Below, piece by piece: positions 52,006 to 64,000 of a stretch of 64,000 nt of DNA (position 1 is the first letter of the stretch; the number at the start of each line of letters is the position of its first letter). The position numbers and the translations under genes are program-made. The stretch covers positions 11,348,001-11,412,000 of the forward strand of contig CM052816.1 in NCBI GenBank assembly GCA_028534125.1. The letters run 5' to 3'. Source of the stretch: Lama glama. Its lineage: Eukaryota. Under the pieces are notes generated by a model. It saw only the letters and a program-made list of their open reading frames with translations, did not search any database and had not been told where the DNA came from.

Positions 52006-55000
52006 TGAGGTAGTTACTCTTAATGCTACTGTTTTATAGACTGAAAAAATAGAGACTTATGGTTATTTGCCCAAGCAACTAACAGAAAGCAAACTGAGAT
52101 TTGAACCCAGGTCCAGGCTGGCCCTCGGCTCTACCCCTGAGCTATATCACCCGTGGTCTTACTGCTGAGCTACACTATCTCCTGGCTAGTTACAGCATCC
52201 ATCACTTGGTAGCAGGGAAAACCCTGCATCCTACTTGAAATAAACAAACCAAAGGAGCTGGTAGGCCCTACTCATGCTTCCTTAAGACCTAATTCTTCAG
52301 CCTTAAGCTCTGATTTTTAGGAATAGTATCAAAATTTTGTAAAACAGCAATCTCTTGTCCATTGCTTCCAGTCTGAAACTCCCTGAACCCCTTCCTGGCT
52401 TTCTACCAATCCTACCCCAACATCACAATGCCTGCTGAGCAGTCCATCAGTCACCTTGTCACTCTGTTGATTGAATAGCCTCTGCTGATTCCCTGGGAAT
52501 AACCAGCTCAATCAAGTCCCCAGCACAGAGATGCCTTCCCTCTGGTTTCCTTTCCATCATTGCCTCCAGGTTTCTCTCTAGGTAATCTCCCCCTTATTTC
52601 TCCTTTCCCTCTTTTTGCTTAAAAAACGGTGTGGAGTTTAATAACAAGCCACCAGTGTTGTACAAGACGGGTCAGACATCATTTAACACGGCTAACTCTG
52701 CCCAGGAAGCGCACACAGCCAAATGCACCAGGACCTGATGCTTGCAGCCAGGGGGCTTCTGTCCACAGCCTTCAACCTGCCTCTGGTCCCTAGTGACTGG
52801 GTCAGTGAAGTGGATTGGGCGGTCCACCAGTAAGAGCTCAGGCTACAATCTGAAGATGAGGGCTGGGCTGGAAAGAACTCCCCAGCACTGGCTTCCTTGG
52901 CAGAGCCTGCACCTGCCCGTCTTTTGAACAAAGGCATCAAAGTGTTGGAGGCTGCAAAATGGACTGGCAACAGAAGAGACAAGCACCAAAACTGTTGCCA
53001 GCAGCAGCAGCAAGGACAGAATACAGTTAGCTAGGCCCAGGTCAGCCTATTCCACAGTCCCTTCCTTGGACAGCTGTTTACAGACAAGGTACAACCTCAT
53101 TTTTCTGAGCCCAGCACTAGGCCAGATTCCAAAAACTCCTAAATCTCAAGTCCCCCACCCAACACCGAGTCGCTCTGTGTTTTGGGGCTTAGCACTTACC
53201 TAACACTTTCACAGCACTTTGCTAACATAGATTAATTAATCCCCACGACACCCTAGACCTGCATGCATTATGATCCATGTTTTCTAGATGGAGAGCCTGG
53301 AAAGACATGCCGGGTTTAAGAGAGAGGTGTGCTCGTTGCCTCTGATTTGCTCCATTGCTGCTTTGAGTGCGCAGGTATCTGTGTCCCCTTTTTCACCTGT
53401 GATACGAGCCCCTAAGAACTTGCCCAGTATTTGAAAGAGGCATTCCACACAGCAGCAATACCGTGCTCAGCGCTGGCAGTAGCCTCCTGATAAGGAAAAG
53501 CCTGGACTGTGACAATCTTTATCTAGTTGTGTGTAGAAAGCTAAAGGAAAGTGAGTGCTGATCCACGTGTTGCTTTTCTCCACCCCTTGGGCACTGGGGT
53601 GGCATATGTGTCCGGTGGAGGTTGCAAGAAAGAGAAGTTTCGTGGCTAGTTGGGCAGAAGGGCATTTACTGAGAGGATGGGAGGGAGAGGAAAGGGCTTG
53701 GAAAGGATCCAAGGGAGGCTGCAGAGAGCTGAGCAGCAGGGATCTGAGGCAGGAGGAGTCTGATCAGGGGCTGCTGAGTTCTCGGTGTGAATCGTCTTCC
53801 ACTTTGCCCCCATCCTTTCCGCACCCTGTTCGCTCCCTGTTCACACTCCCAAGTCCCAGGAGGCTGAGCCTGTCCCTCAGCTGTGGTGATGGGCTGAGAA
53901 GGAGGATGGAGAGGAGGAGCTGGTTTCTTCAACCTCTGAAAAGGGAGGAAACTCTGCCTCCGCCGAGACCATGTGTGCAGGAGGAGACCCAAAGGGATGC
54001 AGGTGCTGTCACGAAGGGCTGAGATGACATGTGACAGGTGCTCAGTACCACCTGAGCCAGGGGACCCCTCCGGGATCCGGAGCTAGGTGGTGGTGGCAGA
54101 GACTTGGCTGTGGTCGCAGCTGGGCAGGTTGGCATCACCACTGAGCACAGAGGGCTGGAGCTCTGTACAGAGCAGTCGACTTTCCTCTCTCAGTGATTAA
54201 AGGGCTCACTTGCTGAGTCATAAATCAAAGCCCTGGCATTTCACTCAACACTGGTGGATAAATGATCCCCAAACTCTGGCTGGCTCAGTTCATTAGGGGA
54301 TGATGCTAATAAGAGCAAATGTTCAGACACTCAGGGGGCACCTTGCCCTTTGAGGTCTGCCTGTGTTATATAGGCAGTCCTGTCCACCACGGAGGCTGGT
54401 GGCAGTGCAGAGCCATCACTGCCAACAGACAACAGAAGTGAAGGAAAACCTCTCCCACACACCAAACCAAAGAGTGGAAAGGGGCCTCACGATGTAGTTC
54501 AACCCACTCAGTAGTAGAAACTCAGCTGACAAAAGACGGCGTCATTCAGATGAGAAGTGGGAGGAACTAAACCTCTCACAGTGGGAAGCGTTGTTAAGAA
54601 CAAGGACCTGCCCCTAGATAGACACACTGAGCATGTCATCCGTGTCCAAGATTCGTGGGGATGGGAACTTTCTTTGCATCTGGGAGGCTGCCAAGGAACC
54701 CCCCCCCCACAAAGCATTGATCTGCTGTCCCCTAATAGCCCTCAGGGGATTATGCTCTGATAGGGTCTTTCCTTTTTAGAGGCAGAAACACCCATCAGCA
54801 TAAGCCGTGCCTCAGTACAGCCATATATTGAGGCCCCTATGAGCTGAGGGTGGGGGGTGGACTCAGTGGCAACCTGTGATGCTGAAACTCTGTCCGCTGT
54901 CTGACACGTGGCCGTCTGGGAGTGGGTGAGCCTAGGTGCTCATTACATGCTAAAGAACTCAATAGATCTACCCTGGAGAAAAGCCAAGAAGGATAGAATG

Positions 55001-55045
55001 GAAAGCTGGAGCCTTGAAATACACTGGAACAGAGTCCTACATGCA

Positions 55046-55170
55046 TAGGGTGACCACGTGTCCAGATTTTCCCAGGAGAGTCTGTTGACGCCTGCTCTCC
55101 TGGTGTATTAAGAGTCCCTCTTTTATCTCAAAAGCATCCTAGTTTAGATGATAAATTGTACAGTCATTCT
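55046..55170. mobile_element. hAT-Blackjack MITE (MER94-like)
   Basis: tagggtgaccac start, internal cttttatctcaaaagcatcctagtttagatgataaatt, decayed right inverted repeat. Confidence 0.65.
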
Positions 55171-55509
55171 TATTTTAATTTTTTTTTTCATGCAAGAACC
55201 AGGACTTAGGGCTAAGCCGGATGCAGAAGCAAATGCCCCAGTGGTAGAGATGGGCCTAGAGCGTTCATGGTAGGCTCCTTGGAAGAAGCTGCTCAGGAGT
55301 TAGGGCAGGCGTCCTCCCTGCTCTTCACTGTCACTCTGGGCCATCCTCCCACCCTCCTCAGCACTTCCCGGCTTTGACTCGCATTATCTGACTCCTCCAC
55401 CCTCCACTCTCCACCCTGCCTTGTGGCATATGTCACTCCCCCCGCAGGCCTCTCCCCTCGTTCCTTGGAGAATTCAGCCCCTGGCTACCTGTCATTCTCT
55501 CCAACACCA

Positions 55510-56560
55510 GGGATCCTGCCTTGATGACCTCATCCAGTCTTAGGGCTCTAAGTACCACCTCAAGCCTGGACGTCTTTCTTAAATGCTAGACTTACAGACG
55601 CAACCGTTTACCATTTACTAGGATTACTAACTGGCATCTGGGGCTTAATCTCCTGGAAACCAAGCTTTTGCTTCCCTCTGACACCTCAAAACCTGTTTGT
55701 TCCTCTTAGAGTTTTTAACTTCATCTCAGTGAAAGGCAACTGTCTTCCAGTTACTCAGGGCAAACAAACAAACAAACGAAAACTTGGATTCACCTTGAAG
55801 CCTCTCTTCTATTATACTCAGTATCTGACTTGTCAGAAAATCCTGTGGTCTCTCCTCTGGGCACACCCAGCATCTGACCGCTGCTCCCTACCTCCATGGC
55901 CAACGTCTTGGTTCATTTCACCATCACCTCCCGACCCCAGGTTACTACAGTGTCCGATTAACTAGTCTCTCTGCTTCCACCCTTTACTCTTACTCTCCAC
56001 CCAGCGACTAGAGGGCTCCTCATTAACACGTAAGGTAGATCATGTCACTTTTCTGCTCAAAGCCCTATATTATGGTTAAAGCCAAATTCTTCGTCACGAC
56101 TGGGGCAATTCTGTATGATCTGAATCCCCGTTACCCTTCTGACCTCATCTCCTACTACCCTCCCTCTCACTTCTCTGATCCAGTCCTGTTGGCCTTTCAC
56201 GTCAGGCTTACTCCTTCCTCAGGGCCTTTGTATCGTACTTGCTGTTCCTTGTGCCTGGAACACAGTTCCTTCATTTCCTTCATTCTTCCTTCTGACTGCT
56301 CGGTAAGGCCATCCCTGACCAACCTACTAAAACTGTAATCACCCCCACACAAATTCTGTCCCCCATTCCTGATTTATCTTTCTTCTTAGACCTTATGATT
56401 AGCCTACTACATATATTACTTCCAAGCCTTGCTTGCTGTCTGTCTGTCCCACTAGAATGTAAGCTCCAGGGGGCAGGCACATGTGTATTTTGTTCACTGG
56501 TGTTTCTCCAGTGTCTAGAAAGGTGCCTGAGCTTAAGTGCTGAATGAATGTTTACTGAAC
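55510..56560 (+). mobile_element. L2 3' fragment
   Basis: tgtctgtcccactagaatgtaagctcca...ttgttcactgg...tgtctagaaaggtgcctga...tgaatgaatg. Confidence 0.8.
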
Positions 56561-57867
56561 TAATTGAATTAAAGCATCAGTTACAGACACCCTTAGTTTG
56601 CCTCTGGAGATTTTGCAACCTTCTAACAAATTCCAAGAACCTTTCACTGAAGGGAATAACTAGAATCTTCTACTCGAACCTTCTGTCATGGGAAGAAATC
56701 TTTTTGCCTGGATCTGATCTATTGGAACCCACACTTTGCACGTACTCTTTTGAGAAAGGGGACCCACCACCTCACCAGCCAGTCTGATGGGGAAAATCTA
56801 TGGGTTAGAAAGTGCAGTCTTTTATTAAACTGAAACCTTCCAAGTTGTATCCACTGGTTCACTGCCCCCCTGCCAGAATAAGTCTACTTCCTGGTCTGCA
56901 CAGTCTATCATGGTGCCTCTGACCCTTGTCTTCTGCAGCTCAAGCAATCCTACTTTCTTTATGGGTTTCTCTGATGATGTAGTTTCTACCTCCTCACCAT
57001 CGCTGCCCTCCTCCGGACACAGTGCCCCCGCCTACATGAAGTTCCCCCAAGCTGGCCGTATATGACTACAGGTCTGACTGCCGTAGAGAACAATGGGATT
57101 ATCACTTTCCTTGGAGTTATGACTCTCTGGTGTATCATAAAGGCAGGGTTTATGGGTGCTGATGGCCTCACTGGTTTGTGACAGGCTTTGCCTGGGCTTC
57201 GAGGGGGTGGAGGTTGGAGGAGGACTGGATAGGCTGGGGGTCTGTGTGCATTGGTGGTCATGTGAGGCGGCTGGACAAAGTGTAGACCAGTGGAATTGAT
57301 ATGTGTGCCAGAATGAAAAAGGCTGGGAAAGGCTGTTTGGGAAGAAGACCTGCAGGGTAACTAGCATGTGACCTGGGGTGTGGTCGGATGAGTCATGAAA
57401 ACCCTGCTTAATGGCCCAGCATCCTGGGAAGTCTCCCAAAGTGCTCCAAGAGGTCTTCTAATCATTGCATTTTCCCATTGTGCCACGATTATGGAGTGTT
57501 GGGGTGCCAGTGTGAAGTTAAATTTGCAGGTGGGTTGCACAGTAGAAAACCTGAAATCTAGTCCTCGAGTAGGTTGCTTAACTCTGCATATCAGTTTCCT
57601 CATCTGTAAAATGACACCCACCTTACAGGATCCTTAGGTATAGACAGTGAGTTAAAAGATGCAAAAGTGTTTGTAAACTGTGAACTACTTAAGAGATAAC
57701 TATTTTTGCTATTTTTTTTTAAATTAAGTGTTTGGAGAGTACTAGAGCAAAAGCTTTTTCTTGATCTACACTCTGAAAGGGTATTGGGTCCTTCAGCAAT
57801 TCAAGCCACAGCTGGCCCCTGGTCTAGATACACCAACCTCTGATGCCTGAGACTGGAGAGGGCGCAC

Positions 57868-58038
57868 CTGAAAATGGGGATGACATGGTTGCTGGGGAAG
57901 ATGCCGACTCGCCCAGTCACCAAGGAGACGCCCCTGAGCCAGCCGTCCTGGTACCTCCCCAGGACCCTGATGCCCTCTCCCTTCTGTAGGTCCAGCTCAT
58001 CGGGTCCATGGGCTGAATAGGAGTGCAGGGCTACAAAC
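57868..58038 (-). CDS. SH3RF2: SH3RF2 exon encoding the third SH3 domain (about exon 7)
   Basis: Acceptor tctccccag|, 171 nt, (M)[56 protein letters not shown](R), a clear SH3 pattern. Donor AG|gtgcgc. Not in the ORF track; translated by hand. Confidence 0.96.
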
Positions 58039-59362
58039 CTGGGGAGACACAGGCAGTTGGTGAGAGAAGAAGGTGAACATGCCTAGTGGAGGGCATGGAA
58101 CCAGCAAAAGGTAAAGGGAGACGGAAACTCAGAGCCCATTGGCTCAGTGGTTAGCAATAACAACTTTTTAAGAATTGAAATCTTAACATGTCAGGCAGAT
58201 AAAAGTGGTAGAACCTGGCTGAAACAGCAATGGAAGGGCCCAGATCCCTGGCCCCACCATCTTCCCACTCCTTCTTAGAGTGCCCCACAGCTGCAAATCA
58301 CTATTTAGGTCACATCAGCATTTTGACAATGGCGAAACTGACTTAGAACAGAGAGAGGAGTTGGTGACCAGGAAATAGTGGCAGAGCTGGGCCTCAAACC
58401 CAGAAGTGATGGTTCTGCCCCCCTGCCAGGATGCTTTTTCACACTGCTTAGAGTGTCACTCAAGGAAACGGTCACAGCCATCAAGGTTCAGGGAAATGAG
58501 GGGTCAGTACAGAAGCCTGTCTGATCCACTGCCTCTCCTAAGGGTACGGACATGTCTGACCCCAGGAACGGGGAGGAGCTTGCCTAACGTAGGCAGGAGG
58601 TGGACCCTGGGAAGTGGGAGGCAGAGGCTAATTTCAGTTTAATGGTGCATAGTCGGAGTGCTGGCTGCATGGTGGGATGGAGGAGAGCAGGCTTGAAATG
58701 TGCTAGAAATGTTCTCAGATTGGAGCATTAACTTTCCACTCTGAAGTCCCCAGAGGAGTTGGGCAGGTAACATCCAGGTATGAGCTGGAGGGGGAAGACC
58801 TTGGGAATAGTGATACTGGCGAAAGAGAATAACTGCCTGACTAAAGGCATTAAAAACAACCCACTTTGGCTTGCCAGGTTCAGGGTTACCAGGGTATGGA
58901 CTCAGGCTAGATATTGGGAAGTAGTTCTAGACCTTAAGGACTTCGAGACACTGATTTTATCAAAGGGGCTAGGAGAGTGTTCTCATCTGCAAGGTTTTTT
59001 TCTGTCTAAATTGCTGTATTTCTTTTTTCCCTGATGACTTGAGCAAGCAACATCTATTTATGACCTAGCATTGTGAATCTAAAGGAAGACCATAGATATT
59101 GCTCAGGACTCAATCTCCCTGCAATGTTTTGGTATATTATCTTCTAGTCTCTTTCTACTTTTGTAAAATAATGAGCCAGGATGATGTGGTTTGCTAATCA
59201 CGTTGTTCACCATTATTTCCTTTGGTGATTGTAAAGGAAGGGGAGGTGCGGTCTCTCTGGATGGGATGTTTGGGGCCGGGGGATGCTTGATGGCAGAGGG
59301 ATGGCAAAGATGACCTGTCTGTTCCAGGACCCTGTGAGTGGAGGGCTGAGGGTGTTACTCAC

Positions 59363-59454
59363 ATGTTAGCTGAGAGGTGTTGCTGGGAGCCAGGCAGATG
59401 GACGATGGCCGTGGAGTGTCCCGGGGAGGCAGGTGCAGGGTGGTAAGTGCTGAC
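59363..59454 (-). CDS. SH3RF2: SH3RF2 internal coding exon (about exon 6)
   Basis: Acceptor tatctgtgcag|, 92 nt, [30 protein letters not shown](M). Donor AT|gtgagt, phase 2, compatible with the SH3 exon. Confidence 0.93.
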
Positions 59455-60020
59455 CTGCACAGATAGAAAAGCCAAGCAGAACCAGTGAATGCCCCAAGCC
59501 AGGCCCACAGCAGAGCCGCTGCGGCCTGACACAGCGGAAAACCAGGAGCCACACCCTGCACCACCCATGGTGTGTCTTCTCTGTGGTTTGTGGCTGTGGG
59601 CAGAGCAGGGTGGGGGTGGATTGGTTTATAGTCTGCTGGGGTGGCAGGCCAAGGTCGCATTCCAAAAAGTTGCTAGACAGGGCAGAACATGAAGACCTCT
59701 CCAGCGTACAGTCAACAGGGCACTGCCGGCGCCTCGATCTGTTCCCCCAGCCCCTCCCCACTCATCTCCCAGTGCAGTCACCTCCTTCTATGAAAACCTA
59801 TTCTCCAAACATAATGCGATGGCTAATATTGAGAATGTAAAGCTTGCCAGGCAGTTTTAAGTGCTTTACAGGTAATTCAATCTTTATTAAAGGTCCTCTT
59901 ATCACCCCTATTTTTGGGTGAGAAACTGAGGGAAAGAAAAGCCACTCAACTAGAATGAAACAAAATTTAAAACCAGGTAGTCTAGGTCCTGAGCCCACAC
60001 TCTTACCAATGCTAGTATTA

Positions 60021-60061
60021 ACACATGCACACACGCACACACGCACACACAAACACACACA
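60021..60061. repeat. Imperfect (CA)n microsatellite
   Basis: acacatgcacacacgcacacacgcacacacaaacacacaca. Confidence 0.85.
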
Positions 60062-61149
60062 GAACAAGACAGAAACGAAGGCCCCACCCGGTCAATGCAG
60101 ACAACTAAGGAGATGGCCACCTTCTGAGGAGGCAAGTCTCTTCCTGTTACTAGGATTGAAGACTGAGGCCCAACCTGTCTGAGTGAATGGGCTGTGGTGG
60201 GTGGTTTCCTGGGGTCAGTTGTGCCACAAAGGGTTTGTGAGGCTGGATGTGAGGTCTTCTAGCAACTGGTGCTTCCTGGCATAGAATCTGGGGATCTGAG
60301 CAGGATCAGAGAAAGGGTATGTGTGTGAGGGTGCGGGTGGGTCTTTCTCCTACGATCTAGAAACATTTTTTCCTCCTTTTGGAAGGAAATGACTCATTGA
60401 AAAGAAGTCTTTATCAGGGACAGAAGAATCTACAGCTATGTGGCCTCTGGGCATTTTCAGGTCTTGAGGTGTTGATGGGGGAGGAAGGGGACCGGGGCAG
60501 GGCCTGGCACAGACTTGCCGCGACATTCTACTGGCCACGAGGCCCCCTCATCAGTCATGTAGGTGGAGAAAATGCAGCTCCCGCCCAGGAGTCGGGGAAC
60601 AGGTCTCGCTTAGTGCTCAGGCGAGTGGCTCTAGCATTTTACCAGGCTATGTGATCTTGAGCAAATATTGAATTCTGTGGTTCCTCCATTTCCTCATCCG
60701 TAAAATGAGACAATAACGGTATTTTTCTCATTGAGTTTTTATGAGGATTTCATAAAATAATCTATGTAAAATTATTCAGCACGTTGTAAGTATTCAGGAA
60801 GTATTACTTATTTTGATCTGCCAAGAGATTAGCTGCAGTGCTGGGCAGGAGTAGGGTGGGGGGGGGGAGCATATTCCTCCATAAACTGATCTCTTCCCTC
60901 CTCCCAGAGGGAGCTACAATGCTGAAAAGTACTTAATTGTTCCGATGCTTTTCTGTGTAATTCTTACCTTGTTGGTACACACCCATAAATGATACGGTGT
61001 TGAGGTCTGCCTGTTTCTGAACACAGTGAGAAGGGATTCACACTGCGTGGATTCTCCCGTTACTTGCCTCTTGCACTCAGTACTCAGTTTTTGTGGTGGG
61101 TTTTCCCTGCCATCCCGTATTTCATTGTATGCATCTACCACCATCTGAC

Positions 61150-63260
61150 CATTTTATCCTATATGCATTGTTTGGGTGATTTTCAGTTTGGGCAGTCCTG
61201 AATGATGTTTCTATGAACATTCGTGGGTGTATCCCCTGTGCACATGTACAGGAGTTCCACCAGGATATACATCTACGAGTAGAATTGATGGGGCATGAGC
61301 CTGCTCAGTTTTATTAGGCAATAACAAACTGGTTCCCAGTGTGGCTGTAACAATTTATACTTCTGCCAGCAGCCAATGACAATTCCTGTTATGCCACCAT
61401 CTCGAAAGTTTGTGGTAATGCCGAGCTTGTGGGTAACTGTCTGTGGTGGGTGTGAAATGATACCTCATTGTGGTTTCAAATTGATTTCTCTGAGTACTAA
61501 TGAGATTGGGTTTCTTTTCAAATGTTTATGGGCCATTCTTGTTATATGAAATGCTTCTTCATTTCCTTTGTCTCTTTCCTTGCCCTTTTTTGGGTTATTT
61601 TCTTATTAACTTTTGAGTTCTAATATTTTGGATATGAATTGTTTTGTAGCTTGTATTTTTACTCTGTGATGTCTTTGGATAAAGTGAAGTTCTTATTTCT
61701 AATACAGTCAAGTTTACAATATATTCCCTGATGGTTGATACTTTCAAAAAATCTTGAATACAATTTTTTTTATCCCAAGGTCATAAAGATATACTTCTAT
61801 ATTGTCTTCTAAAAATTTTATAGTTTTGCCTTTCACATTTAAGTCTTTAATCCACCTGGAACTGATTTTGACAAGGGAGGAATCCAATTTCATCTTTTTC
61901 CACATGGATACTCAATTAACCCAACACCACAGTTCACCCTTCCCTTCTGATCTGCAAAACCTGCTCTGTCATAAATCAAGTCTCCATGCTGTGTCTGTCT
62001 CTAGGTTCTCCAGTACGTTCCATTGGTTTAATAGAATCCCTATGCTAAATCCATGCCATCTTAATTGCTATCGCTTTAAAATAAAATTTGGTATCTGATT
62101 GGGTATGACCAACTCTTCACCCCAACGAAATTCCATCTTCTTTTTTCAAAGTACCTTTGCTATTGGCTTTTTGTCCTTCTATTTGAATTTTAGAATTTTA
62201 GAATCATCTTTTGCATTCCAAACAAACAACTCATTGGGATTTGAATTTATAAATAAATTGGAGGGAGAATCAACATCTTTAAGACGTTGAGTCTTCCAAC
62301 CCAAGAGTGTGACATAATTCTTCATTTATCTTAAGTCTTCTTTAACATCTTTTGATAAAGTTTTATACATTTTCTCCATAAAAGGCTTTGCCTGTCTTTT
62401 GCTGGATTTTGAAAAATTGAGTTGCTATTGTAAATGCTATCTTTTTTAAAAAATTATTTTTCTGTTTGTTTTCTTTTTATTTATTTATTTATTTTGTTTG
62501 TTTTTCTTTTTAGAATACAGAAATGCAATTAACTTTCTTGTACTGATTGTATGCAGTAACATGGCTAAATTCTTATTTATTCCTACTACATTACATTTTC
62601 CTAGATTCTTTTGAGTGCTCCAACAGACAACATTATCTGCAAATAATAACAACTGTGCTTCTTCCTTTCAAATACTTAGTCTTTTACTTCTTTTTCCTAT
62701 TTTTCCATACTGGCAAGGTGCTCTGGGAGGGACAGAGTTGAGCAGAAACATACCAAACATTTTATTCTTTTTCCTAATCTTAAGGGGAATGTCTTTAACA
62801 TTTTACCATTAAGTGTGATGTTTGCTGTAGATTTTATTAGACTTATTTAGATTTTATTAGATTATGTAGATTTTGTTAGATTTAGATACCATTTATCATG
62901 TTAAGGAAGTTCCCTTTTACTCTTAGTTTGATAAGATTCACTATGTGCAGTGAATGAACATAGGATTTTATCAACCTTTTTTTCTAAAGCTATTGAAAAG
63001 ATAGCTTTTTTCCCTTAATTTGTTAATGTGATAGATTATGCCAGGTAATTTCATAATGTTCAGCTGAACTTTCAATCTCAGGAAAACCCCAACTTAATCA
63101 CAATGTATTCTATCTTCATACAGTTTTGGATTTGGTTTGCTAACAGGTACTGGAGGGCTTTTGCATCTATGCCTGTAAGTGAGGTAGAACTCAAAGTTTC
63201 CTTTCTTATGTTGTTGTTTTCTGGGTTTTGATTAAGAATATCTGAGTCTCATGAAATGAG
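61150..63260 (-). mobile_element. Old L1 ORF2-derived fragment
   Basis: gtgaaatgatacctcattgtggttt, tttcacatttaagtctttaatccacctgga, ttttaccattaagtgtgatgtttgctgtagatttt. No intact ORF. Confidence 0.8.
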
Positions 63261-64000
63261 CTGGTGGGGATGTCTGAACTGAGTTTGAAATTTGGCACTG
63301 TAACCGACTCTGTGAGGCTCAGACTTAATTCCTCTGAGCCTTAGTTTCTTCATCTATAAAAGGGAGCAATAATAGTAGCTACCTCATAGAGTTCTTGTGA
63401 AAATTTGATCAGAACTTGCATGCAAAGTACTTTGCTCATGTAAATACCCAATAAATTGTAACACTGAGATGGGGGACAAAGCAGATGTGTGAGTAGAAGA
63501 GGCAGAAGGTAGGACCTTCTTAATGAAACTGGACTTAAGAAGGAAATATTCATTCTCTGGAACACCAGGGCCAACCTCAAGAGTCCAGATGCCCTTTCAC
63601 AAAGACCCAGTGAGGGGTGACTACCCCTGTGTTGGGGACATGTATTCAGGAATCTCTTTCCTGACTCGGGACTGGGCTATTCTCATGCACCCTGAGCTTC
63701 CAGCGGAGGGTGAGGTCTGACACCTCTCTAGCTCTGCTCTGCATTGGCTTCTTGGGAAAATGTAGAAAAAAAAAAACAAACCCAAAACCCACGTCAAAAG
63801 AGAAAGTCAAAATCCTTTTCTTAAAACTGGGCCCTCTGATTGGGCAAAGAGTGTTCCCACCTGGCCCCTCACCTCCTTCTTCCCTTTTCAGTCTCATGCT
63901 CTCCTGAGCCCAACAGCCTGCTGGCTTCAGGGCAGGATTTTAGTCCCGAAGCAGAGTCTGATGGCTGAGGGCTATTAGTGCTTTTTGAAATGCCAGGGCA

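Noticed and set aside
53555..54022. 155-aa ORF antisense to an SH3RF2 intron
   Set aside because: Non-ATG start, GC-rich region with overlapping ORFs in several frames, and no recognisable homology.
1..64000. A novel multi-gene system, CRISPR array or prokaryotic-style operon
   Set aside because: The window is spliced mammalian DNA explained by three known genes and common repeats. I saw no repeat-spacer array and no unexplained long ORF.

Overview
Mammalian genomic DNA, very probably a camelid (alpaca/camel lineage), judged from six copies of a tRNA-derived Vic-1-like SINE and a camelid-type L1 tail. The window covers the conserved LARS1 - PLAC8L1 - SH3RF2 neighbourhood. It contains the last coding exon of LARS1 (+, 2391-2596), a complete four-exon PLAC8L1 CDS (+, 11712-28038, 179 aa) and four 3' coding exons of the convergent SH3RF2 gene (-, 59454 down to 46640). 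One SH3RF2 exon required by splice phase is not visible and most likely lies in a 500-N assembly gap. The rest is intron or intergenic DNA rich in L1, L2, MIR, MLT1 LTRs and hAT DNA-transposon relics. Nearly all ORFs in the supplied track are incidental. I found no credible new biological system. The best leads are a Tyr-to-His change in the ligand-binding motif of the third SH3RF2 SH3 domain, a candidate distal terminal exon of SH3RF2, candidate upstream PLAC8L1 exons, a 52-bp L1 insertion with a perfect 16-bp target-site duplication (TSD), and a 69-bp local templated duplication. Gene and repeat names and exon numbers come from recognition, not database searches.
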